Part shown: in pieces, positions 52,098 to 64,000 of the stretch | Numbering within the stretch: position 1 is the stretch's first letter | Layout: every line of letters starts with the position of its first letter | NCBI GenBank assembly: GCA_951406725.2 | Contig: OX597815.1 | Location: 173,724,001-173,788,000 of the forward strand | DNA from: Octopus vulgaris | Lineage: Eukaryota | DNA: 64,000 nt | Direction: 5' to 3' | Position numbers and translations under genes: made by a program | The notes under the pieces: generated by a model | The model's input: only the letters and a program-made list of their open reading frames with translations | The model's database searches: none | What the model was told of the DNA's origin: nothing

Positions 52098-53417
52098 ACC
52101 TTGAACATAACCTTTTTGGTTCACTAAGTATTATTAGAATAAATTCCACATACAATATTCATAGTTAAAAAATAACTATATCATAACAGTAGTACTTAAT
52201 AATTTAATCATTAAGAATGCATTAATTAACTCCATCACTTGTTGAATATACATTAATACAAAATAAGTAAATATACTAAATGGCTGAACAAAATAGTTTC
52301 TATTGTACAGGATCATGTAGTTTTAAAGAGCTTCAAAAAGTAGAGTAATAGCTAAGTAACTTAACTATAATGCAACATAATAACAAAATACTTTACCAAT
52401 ATAGAAAATTGTGGAACACTTTCTTCTTTTTTAAGCTTTTGTTTTTTTTAAGTTTTTGTTTTTTAAGATTTTAAGTTTTCGTTTTTTTTTTAAATTTTTA
52501 AGGTTTCGTTTTTTAAAGGCTTACAGAGAATTTGGAGCTTGATATAAAATTTGTTGAGATGCCAACTCAACATGCATATAAATAAGAAAAGAAAGGATAC
52601 ATAAAAAGCTGAATATTTTAGAATTTATTACGCAAATTTATGATTTCAAAGAAAAGCAAAATATCTTTCTATGGTGTTACCCTGAGTAGTTGTCTCAAAT
52701 ACTGTAAAATAAAAGTTGGTTTGGATATGTGAAAATGATGTGTGATCAGGTGAATATATATTTTCTTGTTAATTAATATCCACAAGGGAAACACTCTGAT
52801 AGTAGCTTATTCATTAATAAATAAGAGTTGGTAAAACAGGAGTGCTCAATGTGGAGGAGTTAAAAAACAAGTCTCTCTTTCAAATAGTTAATATTATGAA
52901 GTAATTTGTTACTAAGACTGGACTTCATGGAATATGTTAATGTATAAGTTCTATTGCTGTTATAACAGCAACAGATTTTATTCATTTGTTTATGCAATCA
53001 TTGACTGCTAAATATTTCTTTACTTTAACTAACCACAAAGTTTCAAGTGGATTTGCTTTTCAGTTCCTCAAGCCTAAGAAGTGATATTCACTTAATTCAT
53101 ACATGCCATCTAAATAACAAATTAGCAGCTTCATTTATGATTTACAAATTACATCAATTAAATTAGTTATATAATATTAATTAAAAAGTGAACATAGAAT
53201 ACATATTTGTATTTTAAAAGTAAGTAGCTTCAAGCTCAAATGACAGAATGAAAAATTTAATTGGGCAAGAGATGAGTGAATCCATGTTTTAATTCAAAAA
53301 TCTGTGCCATAGGTCTGCAGAAGCAGAGCAAATTGAAAGTTACCCGAAACAACCATCAGAACTACTGTAACCAAAAAGATAAACAGTATAGTTGAATAAT
53401 TAGGTTTAAAAAGGTAT

Positions 53418-53725
53418 TGTTGTTGTTTGTTCCTTCTTAATCCATGCCTGGCTCAGAGGGCCGGTTTCCTGGTTTCCTTGGCATATAGGTTCCCCACCTG
53501 GACAGGACACTGGTCTGTTGCAGGTGAGCTGCAAGATGCAGGAGGAAAGATTCAGAGAAAGTTGTGGCGAAAGAGTCAGCAGAAGTCTGCCATTACTTTC
53601 TGCCGGAGTCACATGGAGCTTAGGTGTTTCGTTCATAAACACACACATCGCCCTGTCTGAGATTTGAATCCGTGATCCCTCGACCGCAAGTCCACTGCTC
53701 TAACTACTAGGCCATGTGCTTCCAC
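53418..53725 (-). mobile_element. tRNA-derived SINE (family B) with TSD
   Basis: Reverse-complement homolog of 4915-5220; flanks ttaaaaaggtat (53406-53417) and ttaaaaaaggtat (53726-53738). Confidence 0.88.
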
Positions 53726-54171
53726 TTAAAAAAGGTATAAAGTTATGCAAATATTTAAATTTGTACAATTATCCAACTCCAAAACTGCCTTATTTCACAC
53801 TCTTTACTGGATATCATTTTCTTTTGTGAATAAAACTAGCAATTATAAAATGTTTCCAGTCTTAATGAAAATCTTCTGTTGCAAAATATCAGTTCTTTAT
53901 GCTACCCTTGAGATTACCAAAACTTATATATGAATCTTTGTGATAAAAAATTTTAAGGAAAGAAGTATAAAAAGATTTAATATTTCTCTGAACTTTCAAC
54001 AAGTAATGTTTCATATAATGAAATGGACACATAGCTATTTACAAATATTGCAACAGATAACATCTTTAGATAGAGTTACCAAATATCATTTTACTTTAAA
54101 GAGAGAAATGAAGACTATACAGACAGATTATGTCATTTTTAACACATTAAGGTCACATGCCAAATACATAC

Positions 54172-54263
54172 TCTTTAGTGATTTCTTTACACCATTCTAA
54201 TAACATTTGTTCCAAGTTTGATTGTTGCAGTTCTCCCATGGCATCTTTCATTACATCTTTGAC
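54172..54263 (-). CDS. DMD: Dystrophin exon, CH1-CH2 linker (VKDVMKDAMGELQQSNLEQMLLEWCKEITK)
   Basis: 92 bp, tttgtag/gtatgt, phase 0-2; resembles human [25 protein letters not shown]. Confidence 0.94.
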
Positions 54264-55964
54264 CTACAAATTTAAAGACAGTTTGTGATTACATGATTTT
54301 AGCATCTGTACACTATAGTATTACACCAAAAACTATCACTTATATTTAACAGTATACTTTTTAACATATTTTCACACATATCAACGAACAACACTTTCCT
54401 AAAAGTAGATTTTTACAAATCCATCCATTTTCTTCATCTTCTGGACATCATCATTTTACACAGAAAATGAAATCCAATAATTCTAATAATAATATGCATA
54501 TGTAAGGAATAAATAAGACATTAACAGTTGAGTAGCAGAATTAATGATATGGCCCTTCAACACAATCTCAAAATTACTAAATATGATTTTCACATAAGAT
54601 GGCAAATAAAACCTGTTTAGTTATGAAATAAGTTTTATATTCTCTCTCTTCAAAGAGAGAGGTTATATTTAGAAACAGAAAATAATTTAGGTGCAAAAGA
54701 TACTGCGCATTTGCTTTTCATTTTCTTTTATATTTCTAAAATAAATTTTCACAAGAAAAATATTATACCTTTGAAGACAGTGTTTTAATTATCATTTAAG
54801 TAGAGTTTCAAATGTCAACACGCACCTAAAATTACACTTTATGAAGATAGTTAAATCCTTTCTGGTTACAACTATCAAGAAAATCTAGGTGCAGAAATCT
54901 TTCTAACTTTATTGCAATTATAGCAGATATCTTCAAAAATTAACCACACTATCCTTCATCTAGTGATAGGGAAGCACTAACAAGTTTATGTAATTATGCT
55001 TTGCTACTTTCAATTGACTGACATATTTTAAGTCAAAGCCAACACCTTCAAATTCACTATTCAAAAATAACTGAATTATTGCTATTGTATTTCATTAGCA
55101 TCTCTCCTATTTACCAACATAATAATTTACCTTCAAAATTCTATTGTTAACCTCAATGTCACACCTTTAGATAAATTTACATACTTGACACCACCTAGAT
55201 GTAACTTATAATTTTTAATTACACTTTATTTTCTTGTTTTGCACTATTGCATTTTGGGGAACAAATATTCGGATTTTGCTTGATTAATGAATTAATAGAA
55301 AACCAAGTCTCTTCTGATGCAGTGAGGCAATACAAGAATACCTTATAAACAAGGAAAATGAGAAATCCTAACATACATAAAGAATGAAATTTCTTGAAAT
55401 TGGGAGCAAAAAGTGAAGAGAGGATGAAGTTCTCTCTCCTCAAAATAACACTTGTGTTTTTGCTGTAATTTCTTTTAAACGAGTCGAGACTGCTATTTCT
55501 CAACAAAGAGATGAGATGATGCATATCAAGGCTCAAATAAAAGTTGTAAGAAGGAGGATAATAAGGAGCTAAACAGGACATCAGTATCATAATGTATCTA
55601 ATTAAAAAAGATGGTTATGGATGAGAAGAAAAATGGATTGATTTATAATGAGAAATACCAATATACAACAATAACGTCTAAAAAAAAATCAGAAAAATCT
55701 CTGAACGAAGATTTAGGTATAATGCATAAGAAGAGAATTAATCCAGATATATCTAGATTTAGACAATACACTTCAAACTTTTGCAGCCTTTCAGAAGCAA
55801 CATTTTTAATAATGAGAACTATATGAGAATTGTGTAATCAACTATAATCATTGCTTCACAAATTTCCTATTAATTACCCCTATAAAGTCTTATTTTTCAG
55901 TTATGCACAAAACACATATTAGACGCACAATTTTCATTTTGATATTACATCTGATTCTAAGGTA

Positions 55965-56175
55965 TTGAACTAGCAGAATCATTAGTACGCCAGGCAAAAT
56001 GCTTAAAGACATTTTGTCCATCTTTATGCTCTGAGTTCAAATTCCACCAAGACCCACTTTGACTTTCATCCTTTCAGGGTCAATAAAATAAGAACCAATT
56101 GAGTACTGGGGTCGATGTAATTGACTTACCCCAACCTCCAAAATTGCTGGCCTTCTGCCAAAATTTGAAACCAAT
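55965..56175 (+). mobile_element. Family A SINE, diverged
   Basis: GAACTAGCAGAATCATTAG head, GAGTTCAAATTCC, TTTCATCCTTTCAGGGTC core. Confidence 0.75.
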
Positions 56176-56666
56176 ATATTTGATCCTGTATATTTAATCT
56201 TTAGGTATTTCACTGATTTTAGTTTGAACTTGTAAGACTTATGTCAGTAGTCTCAAACTTCAAACATCCATTTAACTCATCTATTGTTTTCATTAAATTT
56301 TAAAATGAGTAATAGTTACAAACTACTTAATTTGTAATTAACTGAATAAAAATTATAAACTTGCATGTAAAATGTAAAGCAATAGAAAGAAATGACAAAT
56401 ATTGTATAATGGATACAGACCATTTAAAAAGTTACAAGTTAATTATTGCAAAAAGAAATATGATCATAAGTATAAAACACATCTAATAAAAACAACTCTA
56501 GATACAATTTTAAGCTTACAGACCTAAAATGGTATAAAGCTTCTGACACAAACTTTAAGAGAGGAAATTAAAATTTTAAAAAAAATTATTTTGCAAGAAA
56601 ATAAAGATACTAAATCAATTACAAATCAATAAGAAAACATCTAAGAATTAGTAGAGAAGTAGTTAC

Positions 56667-56759
56667 CTGCCAATGAACAATAATGCTCCATACCAAACCC
56701 AGAATCAATTTACAGTTGCCATCCACAATATCATTACTACTAATATTTACAAGTTTTAT
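56667..56759 (-). CDS. DMD: Dystrophin exon, end of CH1 ([31 protein letters not shown]); equivalent of human exon 5
   Basis: 93 bp, ttccag/gtaact, phase 0-0; actinin-type actin-binding signature. Confidence 0.96.
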
Positions 56760-57946
56760 CTGGAAATAATAAAACAAAACAAAGTCATGGTTTACTGTTA
56801 TGAATATATTAGACATATATCAGTAGTAAAAGGGAAATGAAAACACGTCTCCATACATATTAATTCTAAGCAATCTCATATTCCATGAGCAATTTTGACC
56901 ACACATAGATTCCATCACAGCATTTTTCTCCTAGCATTTCAAATACATGTTAGGTTATTTTCTCAATATGCACTCAATAAATTATTATTACATACCCAAT
57001 AGATTGTAAAATTTGACCCCAAATCAATTGTTCTCACTTACAGTCATGTTTCATATAACTTGCTTTTCATATACATAGAAACCATTTCTTATAGCATTTG
57101 AACAGCCATATGCTACATATATAGCTGATTAAACTTTTAAGAACTTATAGGTTAAATACTCTACATAGGCTTTCCTGAAATGTCCAGTTAGCCAATTGGT
57201 CAGATAAGTATTCTTGTCACTTCCATGTAATATTTGAGCACAATTTTTTAAACTTATGGACTTAAATATGCCTCTTATTCTAAGCTGTCCAAAGCATATT
57301 GAAGGAGATTTGATAACACAATTATTTCAACAGATGGCTTAGTGATTTTGAAAGCCCTTACTTAATAATCAGAACTTTTTTTGCCATTCACATTTTAGCC
57401 ACTTGACTTTCATAAAGTCCCTCACCAAACTGGCAGAATTTATTAACACCCCATGTGAGCAGCCCATAGTTTTTAACTTAACAGTTGAATGTCAGTACAT
57501 CAAAATTCTAAATGCATTAGAATAGCAAATAGCAGGAAGATCATTTTACTTAAAATTACAACTGAACTATCTTAAGTTTAGATTGTAGAAAAGAATGGTA
57601 CAATTTTCCAAAACAAATGTATCAGTATCCATTCCATTCCATCCCAGTATATGCTGTATATAGGCAGTATATAGGCAACTAGCCAGAGATGGATAATGTG
57701 AACACAGTCGAGGGTGAATATAAGCAAGATTATGCGAATGTGTGTGTTCCATATTAATATCAATTAACAATGTCTAAATGCTACCAATACAAGTTATAAA
57801 ACAATAGGCTTTCATTGTAAGATCATAAAAAATGGAAATTCACAAATTAAAGAACAGAAATAATGTAAAATTGGAGAATTAAAGTTGTTAGAAATATTTA
57901 GTTATGTCAACATCAGGAAAATGTATAGCTAAATATAATTACTTAC

Positions 57947-58027
57947 ATTATAATTTTTTTCAAGAATATATAAGGCACGATTAACATTATTGATGTGATG
58001 AACCCGCAAACAGCCTCTTTCTCTTTT
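57947..58027 (-). CDS. DMD: Dystrophin exon, CH1 (KRERGCLRVHHINNVNRALYILEKNYN); equivalent of human exon 4
   Basis: 81 bp, ttaaacag acceptor, gtaagt donor, phase 0-0; resembles human PKEKGSTRVHALNNVNKAL. Confidence 0.93.
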
Positions 58028-59379
58028 CTGTTTAAAAAAACAAAATCATTCACGTTACCTTTCTAAAGAAAAAAGGGCACATTTTAATTTATTTTATTTG
58101 CTAAATAAAAAAAATGTCTCAAGTGAAGACAGTCCTGGTGGGATTTAAGAATAACCTTGAACCAGTAAAAGTCAGTTTTGTGTAGGAGTGCTACATTCTC
58201 AAAGAAAGGCAAGAATAAGCGACTAAATTGGGTTAAAGCAACTTAATAGAAAAATGGGATTTAAGTAGGAAGTTTTGCAATATTAACTTAAGAAATTCTA
58301 ATTTAGTTTCAGTTCCTTCATATTTTCAAGAAAATACTTTTAAAAAGTGATGAAATTATAATTAAAATAATTTAGCCAAATTTATTTATGAAAGATGCAT
58401 TATAGAAAATTTCACAAATAGATGTTATTCTGTAAAACTAAATGTTTACTTATCAAAGATAATTTCAGGATACATTAAAATAGCAAACTGGCATTGAATA
58501 GAATGCCTGGTGGCATTCTGTTCCAAATCATTGTGGTCTGTGTTCAAATCTTACTGAGGTGAAGTTAACTTTTATTCATCCATTCAAGTTAACAAAAGAA
58601 TTCCACTTGCAAACTGTCAATTGGAAGGATTGTTACAGAATCAGACATAATACCTTGTTGTATCTCTCTGGGTGCTTGTGTTCTGAGAGCAATACTTGAA
58701 ATGACTGATGCCAAGCTGTATCAGCTCTAAAGCAGCAGCCTTTTCTTTTGGACAGCGCTGGTGACACGTAGGAGACTTGCACACATAGCCAACTGCCAGT
58801 CTTTCATGTGATAAGGCTATAATATTGTTTCACTTTCATTCTTTTACTTTTAATTCTAATATGATAGCATTAAGATCGTCTAATTTCTATTATATTTGAA
58901 ATAAATGAATAATTTACATCCTAATCTGAACAACATTACACGTCAGCAACTTTCCATCTTTATGGCCACCACAGCAGAATGGTGTGTTAGTGTATGTGTT
59001 GACTGACATAACGAACAGCTGGAAGTGAAACTCTCTGACAAAAAACAATTTTACCGTTCAATTACCTGTTAATAACTATTGCAACAGTTGCAAGGTATTT
59101 AGTTACATATTTCCCCTTAAATTAACATTTAATACATGTGCTTGATAAATATATATTAAGAAATTTATCTATAATAATTATTGTAGCATTTACCATTAAA
59201 TTAGTAGTTCATACATGTGCTTCTATTTGGTTAATTTATACTGCATACAGAAATAAAAACATACTACATACATACAACTGCTTACAAAAATAGGGATTAA
59301 TGTATAATTTTTTCTACGTTCATAATTTTTTGTTTACAATATTGAAAAAATATCCCAAAGAAAAGATGTAATCTCTCCA

Positions 59380-60110
59380 AAAACAAGTATGAAGCAAGGA
59401 GGAGTGTAGAAAACTGAAGGTGAGAGTCTGAAGACAGAAGCGAGATGAGATTTTCTCAAGATTAGCAAAGGCATGCTGCAGCATGTCAGATGGAGTCTCA
59501 AGAGAGAAGGGAGATGAGACTTCCCCAAGATCAGCAAACGCATGCTGCAGTACTTAATGCCAGATCATTAAATCGATGTTTTAATGATTAGACAGAGGTC
59601 CAATAGAATAGCTCTCAGAAACAGACTACGTACAAATTTGTTCTTCACAACTCCTGAAGCTGTTTTCAGATATGTTCCATCCCATTCTTACAAAAATGAT
59701 AACTGTCTAAATTGGTGTGCTAAACACAAATTGTTGTTTCTGTAGAGGTTTAAAATTTTCAAATGAAACAAATGGTATGTGCTGCTCAGGTGGTCAGGTA
59801 ACATTGCCAGCAGTACCAGCTATTTCTCAACCTCTTATGGATCTTCTAGAAGGCACTTCCACCCAGTCAAAGGATTTTCTGAACAATATCAGACAATACA
59901 ACTCTGCATTTCAAATGACATCGTTTACTGCATCTAAGAAGATGGTTAAACATGAATTTATGCTGACGTCAAAGTTCAAGGGTAAGTCTATCACCTCATT
60001 GGTTCCCTGTTACCCACAAATGAACAACCACAGTTCCTCCAAATTTACTTTATGAGTGATGCAGGACAACAAACCTAAAGGAGGTGTCAAAATTTCAGAT
60101 GATGGGTCGT
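59380..60110 (+). mobile_element. Helitron Rep/helicase N-terminal remnant
   Basis: CCFC...F.NE..GMCCSGGQVTLP...SKDFLNNIRQYNSAFQMTSF, then frameshifted KVQG.VYHLIGSL..P.FLQIYF; preceded by two degenerate 69-bp (23-codon) repeats at about 59423-59550. Confidence 0.88.
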
Positions 60111-60413
60111 GTTAGACAGTGCCAACTGCTGCAAAAGAGAGTATATCCACTGACATCTTTGCAGTGCATTCAAAAATTACATAAGCACCACCCCACAATT
60201 TTCCATGACAGGTTAGGGCCTGAAATACTCCAAACAGATGCATAGCATGTTGCTTAGTCATATTAGCCCAACATTTACTCCACAAATGTTTTGTTGTCAA
60301 TGCAGCACTTTCCTATGTCACTTGCTTCAAACTAACTGTAATGTATATATACAAACTATGCATTTTAATCCTAAGCAATGCCGGGTATCTCTGCTAGTAT
60401 ACATATATATATA

Positions 60414-61206
60414 TCATCATCATCATCATCATTTAGCGTCCGTTTTCCATGCAAGCATGGGTTGGACGGTTTAACTGGGGTCTGTGAAGCCGGAAGGCTT
60501 CATCAGGCCCAGTCAGATTTGGCAGTGTTTCTACGGCTGGATGCCCTTCCTAACACCAACCACTCCGTGAGTGTAGTGGGTGCATTTTACGTGCTACCTG
60601 CACAGGTGCCAGACAGAGCTGGCAAACGGCCACGAACGGATGGTGTTTTTTTCATGCCACCGGCACGGGGGCCAAGCGAGGCTGGCAACGGACACGAACG
60701 GATGGTGCTTTTACGTGCTACCGGCACGGGGGCCAGGCCAGGCTGGCAACGGACATGAGCGGATGGTGCTTTTACGTGCCAACGGCATGAGGGCCAGGCG
60801 AGGCTGGCAACGGATGGTGCTTTTACGTGCTACCGGCATGGGGGCCAGGCGAGGCTGGCAACGGACACGAGCGGATGGTGCTTTTACGTGCTACCAGCAC
60901 GGGGGCCAGGCGTGGCTGGCAACGGATACGAGCGGATGGTGCTTCTACGTGCCAACGGCACGGGGGCCAGGCTCTGTCAGCTCTGTCTGGCACCTGTTTG
61001 CCAGCTCTGTCTGGCACCTGTGCAGGTGGCACGTAAAATGCACCCACTACACTCACGGAGTGGTTGGTGTTAGGAATGGACACAAGCGGATGGTGCTTTT
61101 ACGTGCCAGCGGTACGGGGGCCAGGCAAGTCTGGCAACGGACAAATGATCGGATGGTTCGCTTAACCACAGCTGCAATTTCCACTGATGTTGATTTGGTT
61201 TGATTT
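60414..61206 (-). mobile_element. RTE-LINE 3' end with about eight internal repeats and an internal inverted segment
   Basis: (ATG)n tail next to (TA)n; GGATGGTGCTTTTACGTGC repeats; 60996-61076 is an inverted copy of 60547-60627. Confidence 0.88.
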
Positions 61207-62075
61207 TAACCCTAATTCATAAAGCACTGTGCTTTCTCTGCTTATCCTACCACTGTCATAATGACCTCTTTTCTTCAGAATCCCCCTCCCCACTGTTGTT
61301 CCATTTGAACAAGCCCATTTTACTCAGTTCTCACTTCAAATAGTTTTTCTGTTCTTTTGTTATTGTTTTTTTTTTATTTGGGTTTATTTTACACTTTTAA
61401 CAAAGTATTTTTAAAGGGATTCACACACTGGCAACTTAAATGTTAAATATTTGTTTAGAAGTTGTGAACTTATTAGTTAAAGTAAAAATATTTAAATACA
61501 GTACATAAACAGATTAACTAAATACTTATCAGAATTAAACCAATGAGAGCCTCTATGCAGTCACTCAACTTGGTAGAAAAAGTAGTCCCTCAAACCCAAA
61601 TAAAAAAAACAGTAAGACACAAAGGATAAAATAGTTTTGGACATTCCTAAAAAGGTGAAATGATTACAGCTGGATTGCTTTTGATCTCGAGTCTGCTCAG
61701 TCAGGGTTGACTTGGGGCAAAATAACTATTAAAATAGTTTGTGTTTTACTATTATTACATTATTGTCATGACAGAAGGAGAAGAGCACTGACTGTAGGTC
61801 AGCAAAGAGCACATTACATCTGAGATGAGTGCAGCTTATTACAAAGAGATAACAAAGTACTACCAAAAAGCCAGTCTCTCAGTAAACAACTAAGATTTTA
61901 GAACCGCAAAACTATTACAAACTTTTAGAACAGAAAAACTATTTGAAGTGAGAACTGAGTAAAATGGGCTTGTTCAAATGGAACAACAGTGGGGAGGGGG
62001 ATTCTGAAGAAAAGAGGTCATTATGACAGTGGTAGGATAAGCAGAGAAAGCACAGTGCTTTATGAATTAGGGTTA
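61207..62075. repeat. Perfect 149-bp inverted repeat, 571-bp spacer
   Basis: 61207-61355 is the reverse complement of 61927-62075. Confidence 0.95.
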
Positions 62076-62700
62076 TATTTATGAAGTATTTTTTTTAATG
62101 CTAATGTGCAAGTGATGCAATCAGATGCGGAAACAATTCCAATTATATAACAGTACACTGTATTGAAGTAGGTTTGAGTCTCAGAGCAAATTAGTAAGGT
62201 GACTGAAAGTTAAATATCTCTGCCACCACTTTTTCTGGGGTGGGGGATTTACCTAAAGAGAAACAGCAGTGCACATAAACTATTTTCATATCAAATGTGT
62301 GAAATTTTAATCAAACTTACAACTTTTCTATTTTAAAAGCCCATACATATTAGCTACAAGTCATGTTCTTTCTTATTGGACAGGTCATATTTAGTGAATA
62401 GAAGACTCTTTCAACAACAAGAGCAAAAACAATGGAAAAGCACAGCTTAATAATGGAAGGTGGTTGAAGAATTTTGAAATGAGGGCTTGAATGCATGTAA
62501 CTGACTTCTTTTGTATCAAACAGTCAAGAATGTGCAGGTGATGTGAGAATAGTTATATTTACATTCAGGGATACTCTTTTTACTGTTGATCATTCAATTG
62601 TAAAGTATTAGTGCTTTTTTGTCAGTAAGGTAAATTGGAGCAAGCCAAGATCTTTACCTTGCACAAGGATACAACATAAATTACTATATCAGAGAATCAG

Positions 62701-62817
62701 CAACACACGTGGCTGTGTTAGGTTACAACAAAACATGACTGTATTAAGGAGGCAACAACACCTGTGGCTGTATTAGGGGTCACAAAAACACATGGCTACG
62801 TTAAGGGGGCACAAAAT
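62701..62817. repeat. Degenerate minisatellite, about 28-bp unit x4
   Basis: caaca..c.tggctgt.ttag.gg units. Confidence 0.6.
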
Positions 62818-63156
62818 AAATGTCACAAAGATACAATGCATTACTGCATTAAAATTCAAAATTCCAGTTGCTTTTCTTTCTTCTTTTGTAAGATTCTGGT
62901 TAAAATGAAAATATTTGAAGTAAATGAAAACAGTAATTAAGAGGTGTGTATATGTATGTAGGCATGACTGTGTGTAAAAAAGCTTGCATCCCAACCACAT
63001 GGTTCTAGGTTCAGTCCCACTGCATGGTACCTTAGACAAGAATCTTTTACTGTAGCCTCAGTCCTGTGAGTATATATATATATATATATATATATTTATA
63101 GTGGGGATAATCAAAATTCCTCTATTCTGTTACTACTATATATATAAATATACATG

Positions 63157-64000
63157 ATGTGGTATCAAAAGGTTCCTGGACTAATAAATAAATAAATAAC
63201 TTATTTACCTAAGTTTTAACATCATCTCTATCGAAATAGTCATTTTGTGCAGCAATACACTAATCCCAGCATTCCTGCCACTTTTGGAATCTGGCTTGGA
63301 AGTTATTTTCCGTATACGAGTTGAGGACCTTCTGCGATTCACTCCTGGGTCTCGACAATGGTGTTAAAATGGCAACCTTTGAGCTGCATTTTCATCTTGG
63401 GGAAGAGATGGAAATATGCAGGTGCTCTATCTGGCGAATAGGGTGCGGAAGCTAAACTATGTTGATTTGGCGAGAAACTTACAAGTAAGGAGAGCTTGGT
63501 GACAGGGTGCATTGTTGTTATGAAGAATCCAGTTCTTTGTGCTCCACCAATCTGGTTGCTTTCCCTGAATGTCCTCCCTCAAATGTTTCAAAAAATCGCA
63601 GAAGAACTCTCAATTGGCAGTCTGACTCTGGGGAATGAGTTCTTGATGCACAATACCACATTTCTGAGGGTGACGCACGTGGCAGGTCTTCCAGATTACT
63701 CATTGTATTCCAAGGATGTTTTTCTGCTTTTTAAGTGCCCTTGCCACTCAAAACATTGTGTACAACTGATTGCCTTCTCGCTGTAACCTAGCCAAAGCAT
63801 GCTTAATGTCTCTGTAGCAAACTTCCTAAATTTAATGCAAAATTTCATGTTGGCTCTTTGTTCCTGTCCATGACAAAATCACAGACTACAGCATACATGG
63901 GATCACAAAAAACACAAATTTCACAACTTGCGAAGTAAACACAGCAATGTCACTTGGCACACTGCCTCATGAAAGTCACTGCTAGCTCTCACTGTGCATG
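63157..64000 (-). mobile_element. mariner-family transposon remnant
   Basis: Minus strand reads HNNNAPCH (HDNA-type), HPYSPD.AP (YSPDLAP-type) and FQKWQEC; terminus lies next to a TA-rich tract. Confidence 0.75.

Larger units (their letters stand above)
657..58027 (-). other. DMD: Dystrophin (dystrophin/utrophin family) gene, partial: 16 internal coding exons
   Basis: Manually spliced exons give one continuous frame with compatible phases and dystrophin signatures: [107 protein letters not shown]. Confidence 0.97.

Noticed and set aside
59717-60055. LMDLLEG as the missing dystrophin exon 3 (LLDLLEGL)
   Set aside because: Wrong strand and embedded in clear Helitron motifs. I found no exon 2 or 3 equivalent between 58028 and 64000, so they probably lie beyond the window.
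60580-61203. 207-aa repetitive ORF
   Set aside because: Translation of the RTE 3' UTR tandem repeats; similar peptides occur in several frames at every copy.

Overview
AT-rich, repeat-dense animal genomic DNA, most likely a coleoid cephalopod such as Octopus (inferred from the dystrophin sequence and the SINE/LINE families, not checked against a database). The window covers the 5' part of a dystrophin gene on the minus strand. I reconstructed 16 GT-AG exons (58027 down to 657, 2671 nt, about 890 codons) with all splice phases compatible. They encode the end of CH1, CH2, hinge 1, spectrin repeats 1-3, hinge 2 and repeats 4-5; the first and later exons lie outside the window. The introns contain an uninterrupted 866-codon CR1-group LINE ORF2 (5'-truncated, antisense), many RTE-LINE 3' ends, tRNA-derived SINEs with target-site duplications, and remnants of Penelope-like, R4/Dong, Gypsy-like, Tc1/mariner, hAT and Helitron elements. 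The most unusual observations are: an 8.5 x 235-bp near-perfect tandem array beside a splice donor; several perfect local inverted duplications at the truncated ends of retroelements (149 bp, 81 bp, 46 bp) that would form long dsRNA in the pre-mRNA; acidic loop insertions (including D12) in two spectrin repeats; and a hairpin-unit VNTR in the RTE 3' UTR. I found no convincing new gene system.
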